Below, in pieces: positions 11,769-23,529 of a stretch of 41,260 bases of DNA. The number at the start of each line of letters is the position of its first letter. Position 1 is the first letter of the stretch. Below the pieces are notes generated by a model, which worked only from the letters and a program-made list of their open reading frames with translations, did no database searches and had not been told where the DNA came from. This stretch comes from Vicugna vicugna (Eukaryota), in the NCBI GenBank assembly GCA_013265495.1, contig MU058781.1:6060118-6101377 (forward strand). The letters run 5' to 3'. A program made the position numbers and the translations under genes.

Positions 11769-11823
11769 ACACACACACATACACACACACACGCATACAC
11801 ACACACACGCATACACACACACA
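11769..11823 (+). repeat. Imperfect (AC)n microsatellite
   Basis: Read directly; AT and GCAT interruptions. Confidence 0.95.
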
Positions 11824-12039
11824 GCATTAGACTGTGCAACCATAAGGTTTGTATTTTTAGACGGATTTTTGCATAAGCACATTTGAACTTATGTTCAAAA
11901 TGTCAGATCTTGCTTTATGGTGATCTAACAAAAAAAAAGTCATATCTACAGATTTCTCTAATTTAGACACACGTGAGTATATACAGAAGCTTGTAGCAAT
12001 CAGTATCCAAAAGAATACCTCATCAGAAAAGACTTGAAG

Positions 12040-12531
12040 AAATACAGGATGAACTCAGTAGACTGCTGTCTAATGTCCATTCTGGCTATGGGGAAATATA
12101 CAGTGAAGAAAGGATGGTAGCTTCCAGGACAGGCTGGTGATTTGAGCTTAGGAATCTTATTCCTTGCATCTTAATTTTGTTGGAAATAAGCAATTAAATG
12201 TCAAGAGAGGGGGTCTCAGATTGAAAGGGCTCCCACTGGACAGATCTGGGAACATCTGAACATGAACATAATTAAAAAGAGTAATGAAATGTAAACCATG
12301 GAAAAAACAGGAAATCATGCATCCATACTGATAACAAATAGATACATAAATAGTTCAGGGAGAAGAGAAGGCTCTTGCTTACAGCTGAATGCCAGAGACC
12401 AAGAAGTAAAAGTTGGAAAATCGTCATTTTGCAAACATCATGGTAAAGAAGGAATCGGGCAAGAAACATTACTGAATGATAAATCTCATAGGGAAATTTG
12501 AAGAGCAGAATATTTTCACGGTCTTAAAGTA
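12040..12531 (+). mobile_element. Old L1 3' UTR fragment (L1MC/L1MD-like)
   Basis: 'ggaaaatcgtcattttgcaaacatcatggtaaagaaggaatcgggcaagaaaca...tttgaagagcagaatattttcacggtcttaaagta' matches the long L1MC4-class 3' UTR. Confidence 0.7.
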
Positions 12532-12536
12532 AGAGA

Positions 12537-12562
12537 GTGTGTGTGTGTGTGTGTGTGTGTGT
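12537..12562 (+). repeat. (GT)13 microsatellite
   Basis: Read directly. Confidence 0.95.
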
Positions 12563-12739
12563 CTGGGGGGAGGTGGAGAGAGACGGGCAAGGAAGAAGGG
12601 TTCTCTGAAATATAAGAACTCTTCCCTGAAATTTTGGATGGCAGCAATGGGAAAGAGGGTGGTCATACTGGGCCTCAAAGAAAAATTAGGTTGTCCCCAG
12701 ACTACTTCCCCACTATCTTAAAATATAGTAGATATTGGA

Positions 12740-13170
12740 AAAAAACATGTTGAGGATTTGAAGGAATGGTGATTCATGAATTTTATACCAAGCCAAAGTA
12801 TTGTTCTGAGAAGGGAACAGAATGATATTTTAAGCTATGCAATGACTTTTAAAATATACAACTCATATATTCTTTTTGACAACTACTCTAGGTAACTGAG
12901 TGATTAACCGAAGTATTCAAGAGCAGAGTAGACCCAGTATAGAAGCACTAAAAATGAGCCTTCAAACCATTTGAACAAAAGTTATTCTAAATAATATTAA
13001 TAAGTATGACTGAAGAAATGAAATGCAAGTATCATTAATATTTCCTACAGACAAAAATCTCAGCTTAATATAAATGATAATAATAATAATTGAAAACTAT
13101 GAAATCCTATCTAAAATTCCATACGAACTAACAAAAATTGTGGTTGGAAGAGGGGAGGGGATGAGAAAGT
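12740..13170 (+). mobile_element. Degenerate HAL1/L1M ORF1-end fragment
   Basis: 'gaattttataccaagccaaagtattgttc...atattttaagctatgcaatgac' resembles the L1/HAL1 ORF1 C-terminal segment (agaattttatatccagccaaacta...acattttcagacatgcaa). A-rich. Confidence 0.45.
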
Positions 13171-13189
13171 ATGAGTTAATTTCAACAGG

Positions 13190-13668
13190 GAATTGACAGG
13201 AAACAGATAACTCACTCAAATCAAGGAGCGTTTAATGAAGAAATGATTGATCATAACCTTATACAGGGTTATGTGGAACAAGCAAGAAATGGTGGAACAA
13301 CCTGGGATTGGTAACAGCCTACAGCTGTTCTGTCAATCCAGTAGCCTGGACCAACACCTAAGCTGGAAGAGGTAGGGAGGGCTAGAGCTGTAGCAGTAAT
13401 TGTAGGATTGGCTTCCCATCAGGAGCTGCTGCCTTCAAGAGAAGGGCACAGTACTGCCAACCCCTGGTCTGGCAGGAAGGGAACCAGGAAAGTAGCTCTT
13501 TCCTCACAGCCTCCCATCGCTCCCAGAGCCTCCCATTGGCTGAACCCAACTGAGAGCCTGAGGATAAGGGAACCCACTAGAAGTCCACAGAGGACAGCCT
13601 CTGAACCTTTGAGCAGATCAGAGAAGGATGGAAAGTGGACCTGGGGAGAAACAGAGATAAATTAGCAG
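13190..13668 (-). mobile_element. LTR33-like ERVL solo LTR
   Basis: 'caggaaacagataactcactcaaa...tttaatgaag', 'gcctcccattggctgaacccaac' and 'gagaaggatggaaagtggacctggggagaaacaga'. Homologous to the copy at 21300-22294. Confidence 0.75.
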
Positions 13669-13751
13669 AGACAACAAGAGATACTTTCAACTTATTAATA
13701 TTTACATAAATGTAGGAACAAAATTTTTTAAATATTAGGAAATCACTAGCA

Positions 13752-14013
13752 TAGCATTTCTCAAGCAGTTTTTATAGAACAATTGATTCACTAAAGGTTT
13801 GTTTAAAAAGAGATTCTGTGGTCAAATAAATTTGGCATATCCTGTATTCTACTTTTGGAGCCTAAAATTCATGAACATACTATAAGTTATAAGAACTACA
13901 ATAAGGAGCATTTTTAACTTTATATTGTCCTGAATTTCCCAAACTTATTTAATGAGAAAATTCTTATTTATAAAACAAAACCCTTACACGTCATGAAACC
14001 TTGGGAAACACTG
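13752..14013. mobile_element. Non-autonomous hAT-Charlie DNA transposon with TIRs and degenerate 8-bp TSD
   Basis: Termini TAGCATTTCTCAAG ... CTTGGGAAACACTG form imperfect inverted repeats. Flanks CACTAGCA (13744-51) and TACTATCA (14014-21) match 6/8. Internal 'gattctgtggtcaaataaatttgg'. Confidence 0.7.
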
Positions 14014-15334
14014 TACTATCAGGTCTAAGAGTATGATGTATACTTTTCAAATCACAACCAATAATATATCCATAATAATAAAAACATTTTTAAGGTGACT
14101 ATAGCAAGGAGCCCTAAAACACAGAAAGCTTAATATTAATAAAAGAAGTAAGACAAGGATATCAATTACGCCCACATATAAAGGACAAAACTCATAGAAA
14201 GACAAAAGCTTAAGAAAGAAAACCCAAAAGAATACTTCCCTCAAGAAATACATTTAAAACTAAAGAAGGTTAAAGGTAACGTTTTGAAAATCATAAGTAA
14301 TTGTAAAATACAATAGGACTTTTCTTTTGAATTTGCCTTTGGCTGGGTATGGAGAGAGTAAGGGAAGAATTTAAATGTTACAGCTGAGTATAAGAAGAAA
14401 GAGTTAATATTAAACTTCTGAGGTGTAAATCGAGAAAGCTAGGCAATACTGGTAGGGAAATGCATCACAATTTAAAAAAAATCTGCAACCTTTTATATTG
14501 TAAGAATTATGCCTGGTGGGTCACTTTTGGTTTCTACTTGAGGCCTTTAGTAGAAGTATATGATAAACAGGAAGCGAAAGTCAAAATCCCATGTCTCTCA
14601 GCTCCCCCAGAATGATGAGAGAATAAGGAGCCAGGGGTAGAAGAAACCCAGTGGTCAGATGTGCATCCTGACCAGTCCTTCCCATGGTCAAGTTTCAGGT
14701 TGGGAAGATACGTTAGATAGATTAAGAAAAATGCTGATGACAGATCAGCTTGACCCACTTCCCTTTTGAGACCGTGGAGGGGGATTATCCACTGCCTGTC
14801 CCTACAGCAAGCTGAGGGTGACCACATCAAGCTAAACTCAGGGGCATCACGTGTTTAGGTAGAAAAAAGGGCCTTTTGTTAGCTCCACAGGGACTCCTAG
14901 GTTGGGGATAAAATAAAGAATTCCCAGCATGCCTTATGGAGAAATGCCAAAGGTAGCTACGCGTGCTATCTGGAGAGCTTGGCAGTATGGGTCTTCATGC
15001 AGTGGTCCTACACTTGAGGTTGTGCAGCAGATGGTTCAGGCTGGGAGAAGGATGCGCATCCAAACAGAACACATGGGTTCCTTGGGCCAGTGAGAACTCA
15101 AGTAGAGCCAACTCATTAATAGACAGCCACTGCCCTAGACATGTTGCTGCAGCCCCAGCAGAATAGTCAGGAATGGGTCCAGTTGAATCTCTGTTCACTA
15201 GTTCTGGCTAGTGGCCGGTAAGGATCCCTGCTCACTTGATCCATGTGCAATATTTCCTCTGCAACCACAGGGACAGGAAAAACACACCACTGCTGCAACA
15301 TTCAGATACCATCTTGGAGAGAAGTAGGAGGGAG

Positions 15335-15448
15335 GTAGTGACCAGCTGTTTCAATTTCCCTGGAACTGAGAGGTTTCCCAGGATGCAGGACTTCTAGTAC
15401 TAAAACTGGAGCACTTTGGGGGCAAACTACTACATGTTGCTTACCATA
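15335..15448. mobile_element. MER81-like (hAT-Blackjack) MITE
   Basis: 'gtgaccagctgtttcaatttccctggaactgagaggtttcccaggatgcaggacttctagtactaaaactgg...ggcaaac...gttgcttaccata' follows the ~115-bp MER81 consensus. Confidence 0.7.
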
Positions 15449-15734
15449 AGGAATGCAGGAACTCGGAAAGACTGGACACTACTTTCTCATCCAAACAAAA
15501 ACTGAGCTACTTAAAGAGACAGTTCAGACTGATGCAATGGAATGATTCATCCAAACTGAGCTAAAGCTTAGCCTCTAATCCTCCCTCTCTTCCACTGCTC
15601 TTCAGCCGTTGAGATCAGAGCAATTAAGAGGGCAGTTTCATTGCATATCTGACTGTAATGGATGCACTGCACAAAAGAAAAACCATCACCATACTGGCAA
15701 AACTAAATAAACAGCACAACCAAAACATAGTGGG

Positions 15735-18460
15735 AAAACCTGCTTCTGCTTGTGAAGGATTAACTGGTACAGAATTTGCTGTCTTGCTGTTACAACTAGA
15801 AAACCAGATAAATTATACGAAATAATTGTTTTCAGACATTGGACAACAGGGAGTGCCAGTCAATGAATTCTAGAGCAGGAAACAGATGAGTGAGTCCTGT
15901 GATTGCTGTAGTTTTTTTCACCTGGAGGCAGTTTCTAGACCATAGTACAGGATGGAGAAACCTGAATACAACCCAGCAGTCTTGCTAAGAAAGTCAGAGA
16001 TGAAGTTGCTCCAGAGATGTGCAGAGAGGTCTTCCCAATTTTTTTCTGGCAGAAAAATTTTGGTAAAAAACCATCAGAAGGTAGGCTGAAAAATCCCCAA
16101 ACCTATATTAGGACTGCAAAAATAGCACATTCCCATCTATTAGAGGGGAAAGAGTTTGTAATAAATGGGCATTAGGTACAGAGTTCAGAAAGGGCTCTCC
16201 TTAGCAATGGGGATAAATTAGTCCTAGTCTAAAGTCTTCTGAGGCTTATCAAAAACAGCCATGAAAGCATCAAACTGGTCTGCAGTTACTTAACAGCACG
16301 CAGAACAATGTCCCACATTAAATGAATACAACACAATCTAGCACCCAACAATGCAAAGTTCACAATGTTTAGTATCCAATAAAAATACTAACAGGCATGC
16401 AAAGCAGCCAGGGAAATAGGACCCATAATAAGAAGAAAATATCAATCAATAGAAACAAACTCAGAAATAGCAGGGATGCTGGAATTAGCAGACAAGGACC
16501 TTAAAACAGCTATTATAAATCTTATAAACATGGTCAAGGATATTGTGAAAAACATGAACATGACGAGTATAGAAAGGAAAGATTAAAAAAGAACTAAATG
16601 AAACTTCCAGAAATGAAAAACTCTATAATTGAAATGAAAATTATAGTGAATAGAATTAACAGCAGATTGGACAGTGTGGTAAACTTGGAAACACAAGCAA
16701 TGGAAACTCCTGAAATAAAACACATATATTTTTAAGAACTGAAAAAAGTGAATATAGCCTCAGTAATCTGTGGGAAGATATCAAGAAGTTTGATATTTGT
16801 GTAATCAGTGTCCCAGAGGAAAACTGAGAAAGAAGGAATAGGAGAATGTTTGAAGAAATGTTGGCGAGATTTTTTTTCCCAAACTTGATGAAAAGTATAA
16901 CCTTACAGGTTCAAGAGGGTCAATGAATGCAAGCAGAAGAAAGATGAAGGAAACACCACCAGGGCACATTATAAGCAGGTTGCTTAAAACCAATGGTAAA
17001 GAGAAAACTCTAAAAGCAGCATGGAGGGAAAAAAAGACACAATATGTGCAGAAGAATAAAATAAGGATGACAGTAGACTTTCTGTCAGAAAAAAGCAACT
17101 GTAGACAACAGTGGAGCAAGACATTAAAAGAAAAAATTCTGTCAACCTAGAATTCTATACTCAGAGGAATATCTCTCAAAAATGAAGGCAAATAAAGACC
17201 TTTCAGAAAAACAGAAACTGAAAAACCTTTTACCAGTAGTACTGCACTACTAGAAGTTGAAAGAAATTTCTCTAGGTGGAAAGAAATTAATATTAGATGA
17301 AAATTTGGGTTTTTATGTAAAAATGAAGGAATAAAAAGTGTGAGAAATGAAAACTATGTGCATAATTTTAAAAGACAATGTTTTATTATTTTAAAGTGCC
17401 TTTAAAAGCTAAGTGTTTGATGCAAAATTAGTAAGTAAAAGATATTTTGTGGTTGATAACACCTAGAAGTCAAATGTATGACAACAGTGGTCTAAAGGAA
17501 AGGAGGGTGGAAATGGAAATATACTATTGTGAGGCTGTTGCATTATACACGAAGTGATAACATAGTACTTGAAAATAGACAGTGATAAGTTAAAGATGTG
17601 TATTAAAACCTTGGGGCAAACACTAAAAAGTACAACAAAGGAGGACAGCAATAATGGAGATGGAATCCTGACTAATACTCAGTTAATACAAAAGAAGACA
17701 GGAAAAGAAAAAGGCAACTTGGAACATACAGGACAAATAGAAACTAAGTAACAAGGTGATATATTCAAATCCAGTAAGATACGATATTACATTAAATTTA
17801 AATGTTTGATATACTCCAATGAAAAGGCAGAGACTGTCAGAGTGGATCACAGAGCAAGACCTAACTATATGCTATGTGTAAGAAGCTCATTTTAAGCATA
17901 ATGATGCATACAGGTTAAAAGTAAAAGTATGGAACAGATAGACCATCCAAATATTAATTGAAAGAAAATTGCATTGATAGGCTATATTAACATACAACAT
18001 GGCAGACTTTAGAACAAGGAATACTATGAAGATAAAGGGGAACATTTCATAATAACTAAGGGATAATTTCATAGAGAAAGACATAAGAATCTTAAATGTG
18101 TATCCACTTCATAACAGTGGAAAACATACAAAGTGAAAACTGATAGAATTATAAGAAGAAATAGGCAAATCCACAATTATATTCAGGGATTCTAACACCA
18201 CTTCTTAATAACTGACAGGGCAAACAGGCAGAAAATCTCTAAACAGTTTAGAAGACTTAAACAACACTCTTAAACCAGTTTGACCTAACTGATGTTTACA
18301 GAATAAGCCATCCTGCAACACCAGCAGAATCCACATTCTTTTCAAGTGCGCTTGGAGCATTAATCACGATGCACCATATCCTGGGCCATTACACAAGTCT
18401 TAATAAATTTTAAAAGATTTGGAATTATGTAAAGTATGTGCTCCAATGACAAAATAGATT
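15735..18460 (+). mobile_element. Old L1M element: 5' UTR, ORF1 relic, inter-ORF spacer and ORF2 endonuclease relic (3' part missing)
   Basis: ORF 16923-17150 gives PGHIISRLLKTNGKEKTLKAAWREK...IRMTVDFLSE (L1 ORF1p-like). From ~17790, 'acattaaatttaaatg...aaaaggcagagactgtcagagtggat' is the ORF2 N-terminus, followed by 'ggggaacatttcataat', 'gggattctaacacc' and 'gaccatatcctgggccat'-like EN motifs with many frameshifts. Confidence 0.88.
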
Positions 18461-18519
18461 TTCTGGAATTCACTGAAATAGAATTTAACCTTTATACACT
18501 GACGTATTTTCTAATATAA

Positions 18520-18970
18520 CCAGAAGTGCTCATTTAGTTGTCAAAAGAATCAGAAACACAATTCAAACTAACTGAAGCAAAAAGGCAATGAATTGGCTTA
18601 TGCAGCTGAAAAGAATGTGGAGCTCACAAGGTTGAAGAGAAATCTGTAGGACAGGAATGTAGAGATTAACACCTGGGACTCAGTGCCGTAGGTCACAGTG
18701 TTGTTCTGCTCTGTTTTTCTTTCATTTATACCCATCTCTGTCTGGAGTCAGCTAAGAACAGTCTCAACCAACATGGTGGGAAGATAGCTCCAGATCATTA
18801 TTGTCACTATCAGCAATTCCAGTGTCTATATATCAGTCCCAGGGAGGGACCCCTGTTAGTTAAGCTTGGTTCACACCCCTACACCTGGGGTTAGGAGGCA
18901 GGCTCTAAGAAGAAGAGGATTAAGAGAAGAAATCTTGTTGGCAAGTTTAAAACCAATAGCTAGCATTGTC
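18520..18970 (-). mobile_element. Old MaLR LTR (MLT1J/K/L-like)
   Basis: 'cagaaacacaattcaaactaactgaagcaaaaaggcaatgaattggcttatgcagctgaaaag' and 'agcttggttcacacccctacacctgg'. Confidence 0.6.
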
Positions 18971-19609
18971 TGCTGTAAGAGGTCATCTGTAAGAGAAGCT
19001 GTCCTTATCTGAGTGTATTCTTTATTCTTTTGAAGGTATCTGTAGTGTAGCTAAGATCACCATCTCAGTTTACAAAGCTTGGATGGCCAGAGGCTGAGAA
19101 ATTTCCAGTTGACCAACCAAAAATTATAATAGATGGTTATCCCCTGTCTTCTTCAGGCAGGGGACCCTACTAACAACCAGGTACTGAGATGGGATTTCTC
19201 CATTAAAAAGAGCAGATGATTAAGACAGGACTGTAAGCCATTTATGCTCTATAAAAGTGGTCGAAGAGCTCAAGGGTAGAGCTTTGTTTATAATACAGCT
19301 GGTTAGGAGATCATGTCTGCCTCTTAACCCTCTTGTCTCTAAAAAAGGAGCAATCTGTGTGGAATCTACTTCTTTTCCTCAAGTCAGTGTTTTCAGAATT
19401 GCAAGAGACCTCTTCTCTATCCTGCATAAACATTGCCCCCATCACCCAACCCTATTTTGAAAAAAATCATTTGGTAAAACAGCTTCCTCTCCTTCCTCTA
19501 TAAAATGCCAGGAATAATATGGCCCATTTTTTTTTCATACCAATGCTTCTCTCATTCTAAAATGATATTCAAGCAGCTATTAGAAAGCTGCTATTTACTA
19601 TTTACTAGT

Positions 19610-19933
19610 TGTATTAGTTTCCTACCACTGCTGTAACAAATTCCCACAAATTCCATTGCTTAAAACAACGCAGATTTATTCTCTTCCATTTCTCAAAGTC
19701 AGAAGTCTGAAAAGGGGCTTAAGTCCCATTTATTCCTTTGATCCTCCTGCCTCCTTCTCACAAGGACTTCTCTGATTCTATCAGGTTCACCTAGATAATC
19801 CAGAATAGCCTCCCAATCTCAAGAACCTTTGCTTAATCAGATCTGCAAAGTCTCTTTTGCCAAATAAAGTAGTATTCACAGGTTCAAGGATTAAGACGTG
19901 GACATCATTAGGGGCCATTTTCTGCCTGCCACA
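19610..19933 (-). mobile_element. MaLR solo LTR (MLT1C/D-like), internally deleted, with 5-bp TSD
   Basis: Runs from 'tgtattagtttcctaccactgctgtaacaaat' to 'ggggccattttctgcctgccaca'. Flanks CTAGT (19605-09) and CTAGC (19934-38). Confidence 0.88.
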
Positions 19934-20544
19934 CTAGCAATGCCTGGATAGCCATGAAGAGCATTCCAGGCTTTTTAGTCACTGGACTTAAAGACTTTTC
20001 AGGGAATCCATGATTTCACCTTATCTGGTTTTCCATACCGTCCAGGGAAAGCCACTCATTCAGGACTGAAAGTTTGCTCAGGGGCTTAAAATTCTTAGGT
20101 TCACCACCGAGTCATCAATTTGCTTCTATACAATAAATAATAACAATGAGAAAGAAAGAGATTTCTCTGTGGTACATAAACTGTTAATTCTCCTGTGAAA
20201 ACTTAGTTTGAAATTTGAAGAATAGAGGGGATACGTTGTGAATCATATGCTCATAGGTGAGGAAATGAGAACTGCAAACTTTTACTTATATACTGGTAAA
20301 AGGCAGTTTTTCCAGCTACAGGAAGGGAAAGAACAGCTCACCACAGAAATTTTGGGTAATTTCATGGGCTGCTAATCAATTTCAAAGGAGTGCAACATAC
20401 AACAGGTAGGAAAGAACCTGGGAAGAGGTGAGAGGCAGGACTTTTCATAGTAAGGAGAGAGGAATCTACCCCATTACTCTGCGCCACTCAAGCTTCAGTA
20501 GTTCTCAATCTACAAATGAGTTACATTTCAAGGTTCACTGTCAT

Positions 20545-20640
20545 GCAGTCATTCTTTCATTCATTTAATAAACACTTAGAGTGCCTTACATACTAGCACG
20601 GTTATAGCTTGGGAGATAAATTGATAAGATAAAGATTTTT
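20545..20640 (-). mobile_element. L2 3' terminus
   Basis: 'ttcattcatttaataaacacttagagtgcctta...ctagcacggtt...gggagata'. Confidence 0.5.
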
Positions 20641-21299
20641 CTATGACAACAAGTATAACTACTCTGGATATATAAACCAATCATTGTGATGCCAGAGAAA
20701 TCTCATAACAAAACTGTGAAAGTCAGTTGTTTGGAAGAAAATACATGTCTTCAATAAATAATGCTATTAAAAATGGCTGGAATATGAAACCAGTGAACCA
20801 AAGTCTGTCTGATCCATAATGTACCTAAGACACAGTTAAAATTAAAAAGGATTATTTCAGCTACTTCATATGGTCTTTCTTCTTACCATCTTATTTTCAC
20901 GAAAGATTAAGACAGGATAGGCAGTCCTCAGTATGAGTAACCTGTTATCATTCTATATTTTTTTAAGTTTTATTTTTATTTATTTTTTATTCTTTTTTTA
21001 AATCATCCTATATTTAAATAGAATAAAATCTTTCCACGTCAGATGCTTCTCCAGCACTCTCATATTGGAGAATTCCATTGTATTAGATGAACTATCCAAA
21101 TTCTTCATTTTCTAGGTGACACACAGACTTCACTTGAGGGAGGGAGATGGTCACTGCTGAACAAACCTAGATGAGTGGCTGGGAGTGTCTGGAGGCCAGC
21201 AGTTTTGGAGCAGGACTCAAGGTATCTCTGAGCTCAAGAAATCTGAACTCCAGGATCCTCCCAGCTGGTAGGGTAAATGAGAAGATAATTATAAGCATC

Positions 21300-22294
21300 T
21301 GTCAGTCTGGATTCTAGCAGGAAACAGATGCACAGGCAACTGGGATTTTGAGAAACTTTATTGAACGGACTATTTACAGAGGTATGGGCACTGCTAAAGG
21401 AACCAAAAAGCCATGTTGCAGCACCCAAAGGCTGACAACACTGGGAAGCTGTTACCATCTCTAGGTCCAAAGGGGTGAATTAGTCAGAAGGAAAAATTAG
21501 CCAGAGAAACAGAACCAGTAGGATATGTATTTATGCATGTATGTTTGCATGTATGCATCATAAAGGCTTGGCTCACACAATATGGAGGCTAAGAAGTTCG
21601 ACCATCCGCCCTTGGCAAGCTGGAGACACAGGAGTATCAGTTCGAGTCCTAGACCCGATCTAAAAGCCTAAGAAGCAGGAGAGCCTATGGTGTAAGTTCT
21701 AGTCTAAGTCTGAGTCCGAAGACAGTCAGAGAGAGAAATAATTCTCTTACACAGACTTTTATTTTATTCAGGCCTTCAGTGGGTTGGATGAGGCCCGGCC
21801 ACACAGGGGAGAGGGGGCAATCTCTTTCACTCAGTCTACTGATTCAAAGGTTAATCTCCTCCTGAAACCTCCTTACAGACACACTCAGAAAATGTTTAAC
21901 CAGATATTTGGGCACCCCATGGCCCCATCAGTTGACATATAAAATTAACCATCATAGAGGCAAAGGATGAATAGTGTTACCAGAGAGAGCCTTGTGTGAA
22001 CTGGAGTACTGAGTTTCAAGAAAGGATCTGTGATCCAGAGAGATGCAGCTGCTGTCCTGACAGATCCCAGGCAGGGAGGGAGAGGGGTGAGTAAGTACCC
22101 CATTCTTTCTCTCCGCAGCCCCATCTTCTGCCAGTACGTTCTATTGGCCCAACCCAACCCAACCCAAAGCCAATGGACTGGGGAGCCTGAGTGATACAGT
22201 AGGTGGGGAAGGGAGAGGTCAGCTTCTGGGGGCTCAGAGCAGCGAGACGAAAGAGAATAATTGGAGGAGGGGCAAATGGAAATTACCCAGCACA
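21300..22294 (-). mobile_element. LTR33-like ERVL solo LTR interrupted by MLT2 (LTR33 parts 21300-21475 and 21957-22294)
   Basis: Left part: 'caggaaacagatg...ggactatttacagagg...gctgttaccatctctagg'. Right part: 'ctattggcccaacccaac...ggaggggcaaatggaaattacccagcaca'. Confidence 0.78.
21476..21956 (-). mobile_element. MLT2 (ERVL) solo LTR nested in LTR33
   Basis: 'ccagagaaacagaaccagtagga', 'ggcttggctcacacaatatggaggc', 'actcagtctactgattcaaa', and terminus 'gttgacatataaaattaaccatcata'. Confidence 0.9.
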
Positions 22295-22795
22295 GAAGTT
22301 CCAGAGCTTTTGAGGAAGCACTTAGTAAGGAAAATTGTGTGGAAAAGACTGTCACTTATAGCCAGGGAGGGCTTAGAGTCATTTAAATCTCAACAGTAAA
22401 CAATAAGAAGCATTAAACAAAAGAAGGATTTATTTCGTACTGTATATATAAATTTGGGAATACAATTGCATGTGGATACATACATTAGAGGTCTATAATT
22501 CTAAGAATGTATTTGTGTGTACTTATTTTATCTCTGAAGCTGTAAGTCACTGTAAGGAAAAGATTGCCTTAGAATTTTATTTTTCCAGCAGTGCCTTGAA
22601 CATGGTAGGTTTCCATAAATATTTGCTAAAGAACTATTTCAACTTCTTTTCTTTGAATCTAGTAGGAACTGATGAAATGTAATATAAAAAAACAAGAAAG
22701 ATCTCCTAAGTGTCACATGGAATCAGCCAAGGAGACTTTTAGCACAGCAGGTAGTGAGAATGGAACTAAGCTGCTTTGTCTAAGACTTCTTAGAG

Positions 22796-22875
22796 CTCAT
22801 TCATTCCGTAAATATTCATGGAGCAGCCATGCTGTGCCAGACACGGTGTTAGGCTCTTAAGATACAAAGATAATG
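22796..22875 (-). mobile_element. L2 3' terminus
   Basis: 'ctcattcattccgtaaatattcatggagc...tgtgccagacacggtgttaggctct'. Confidence 0.6.
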
Positions 22876-23529
22876 TTCTGAAGGAAGAAATCTATTAAGC
22901 ACATGAATCACTCATTTTTTTTAATGGTACACAACCAGCCAATTGCCACACAGCTGACTGAATCAGCCTCATAAAGGATTGAATCAGTTAAGCCAATGAA
23001 ATGGTTGTTATGACCCATTTATCCTGGGCATGTAGGAACATCCTTCATTTTGCTGTCCACAGCCCTGCTGCAGGTTTATTCCTTGACAGAACTTGGATAA
23101 TGCAGGCACAGTGCTAGAGATCATGACCACACAAGCTTAACAAAAGCTACTGCTATGCTACTTACTCAAAGCTACTCCCAAGACTTCGGCTCAGAGAGGA
23201 GGGGTCCTAGAATTTGAGGAATCCAAGTAAGAAGAGCAGTCACAGAACAGTTAGGCTTTCTTTAATAACATCAAATGCCAGCACCTCCCTGGGGGAGCAT
23301 CTTTTATATCTGCAGACAAAACAATATCCCACCCACTAATTTCAGCTGGCTTTCCCTTCTGGACCCTGAGGCATGAAAAGCTGCTCTTTGGGAGCCAAGA
23401 ATACTCATTGAGGGAGGGACAGACTCCTCAATCAATGGTGTTGGGAGAACTGGAAAACCACATACAGAAGAATGAAATTAGACCTTGAGCCTACACAATT
23501 CAAAGATTAACTCAATATGGATTAAAGAC

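Noticed and set aside
11612..11882. Overlapping Cys/Val- and His/Thr-rich ORFs
   Set aside because: These are artefacts of the (AC)n microsatellite.
13190..22294. Two same-orientation LTR33 copies ~7.6 kb apart as flanks of one ERVL provirus
   Set aside because: There is no primer-binding site next to the putative 5' LTR and no gag/pol relic between them, and the copies look no more alike than independent solo LTRs.
21945..22355. 136-aa minus-strand ORF
   Set aside because: It falls within the LTR33 relic and is a chance open frame.
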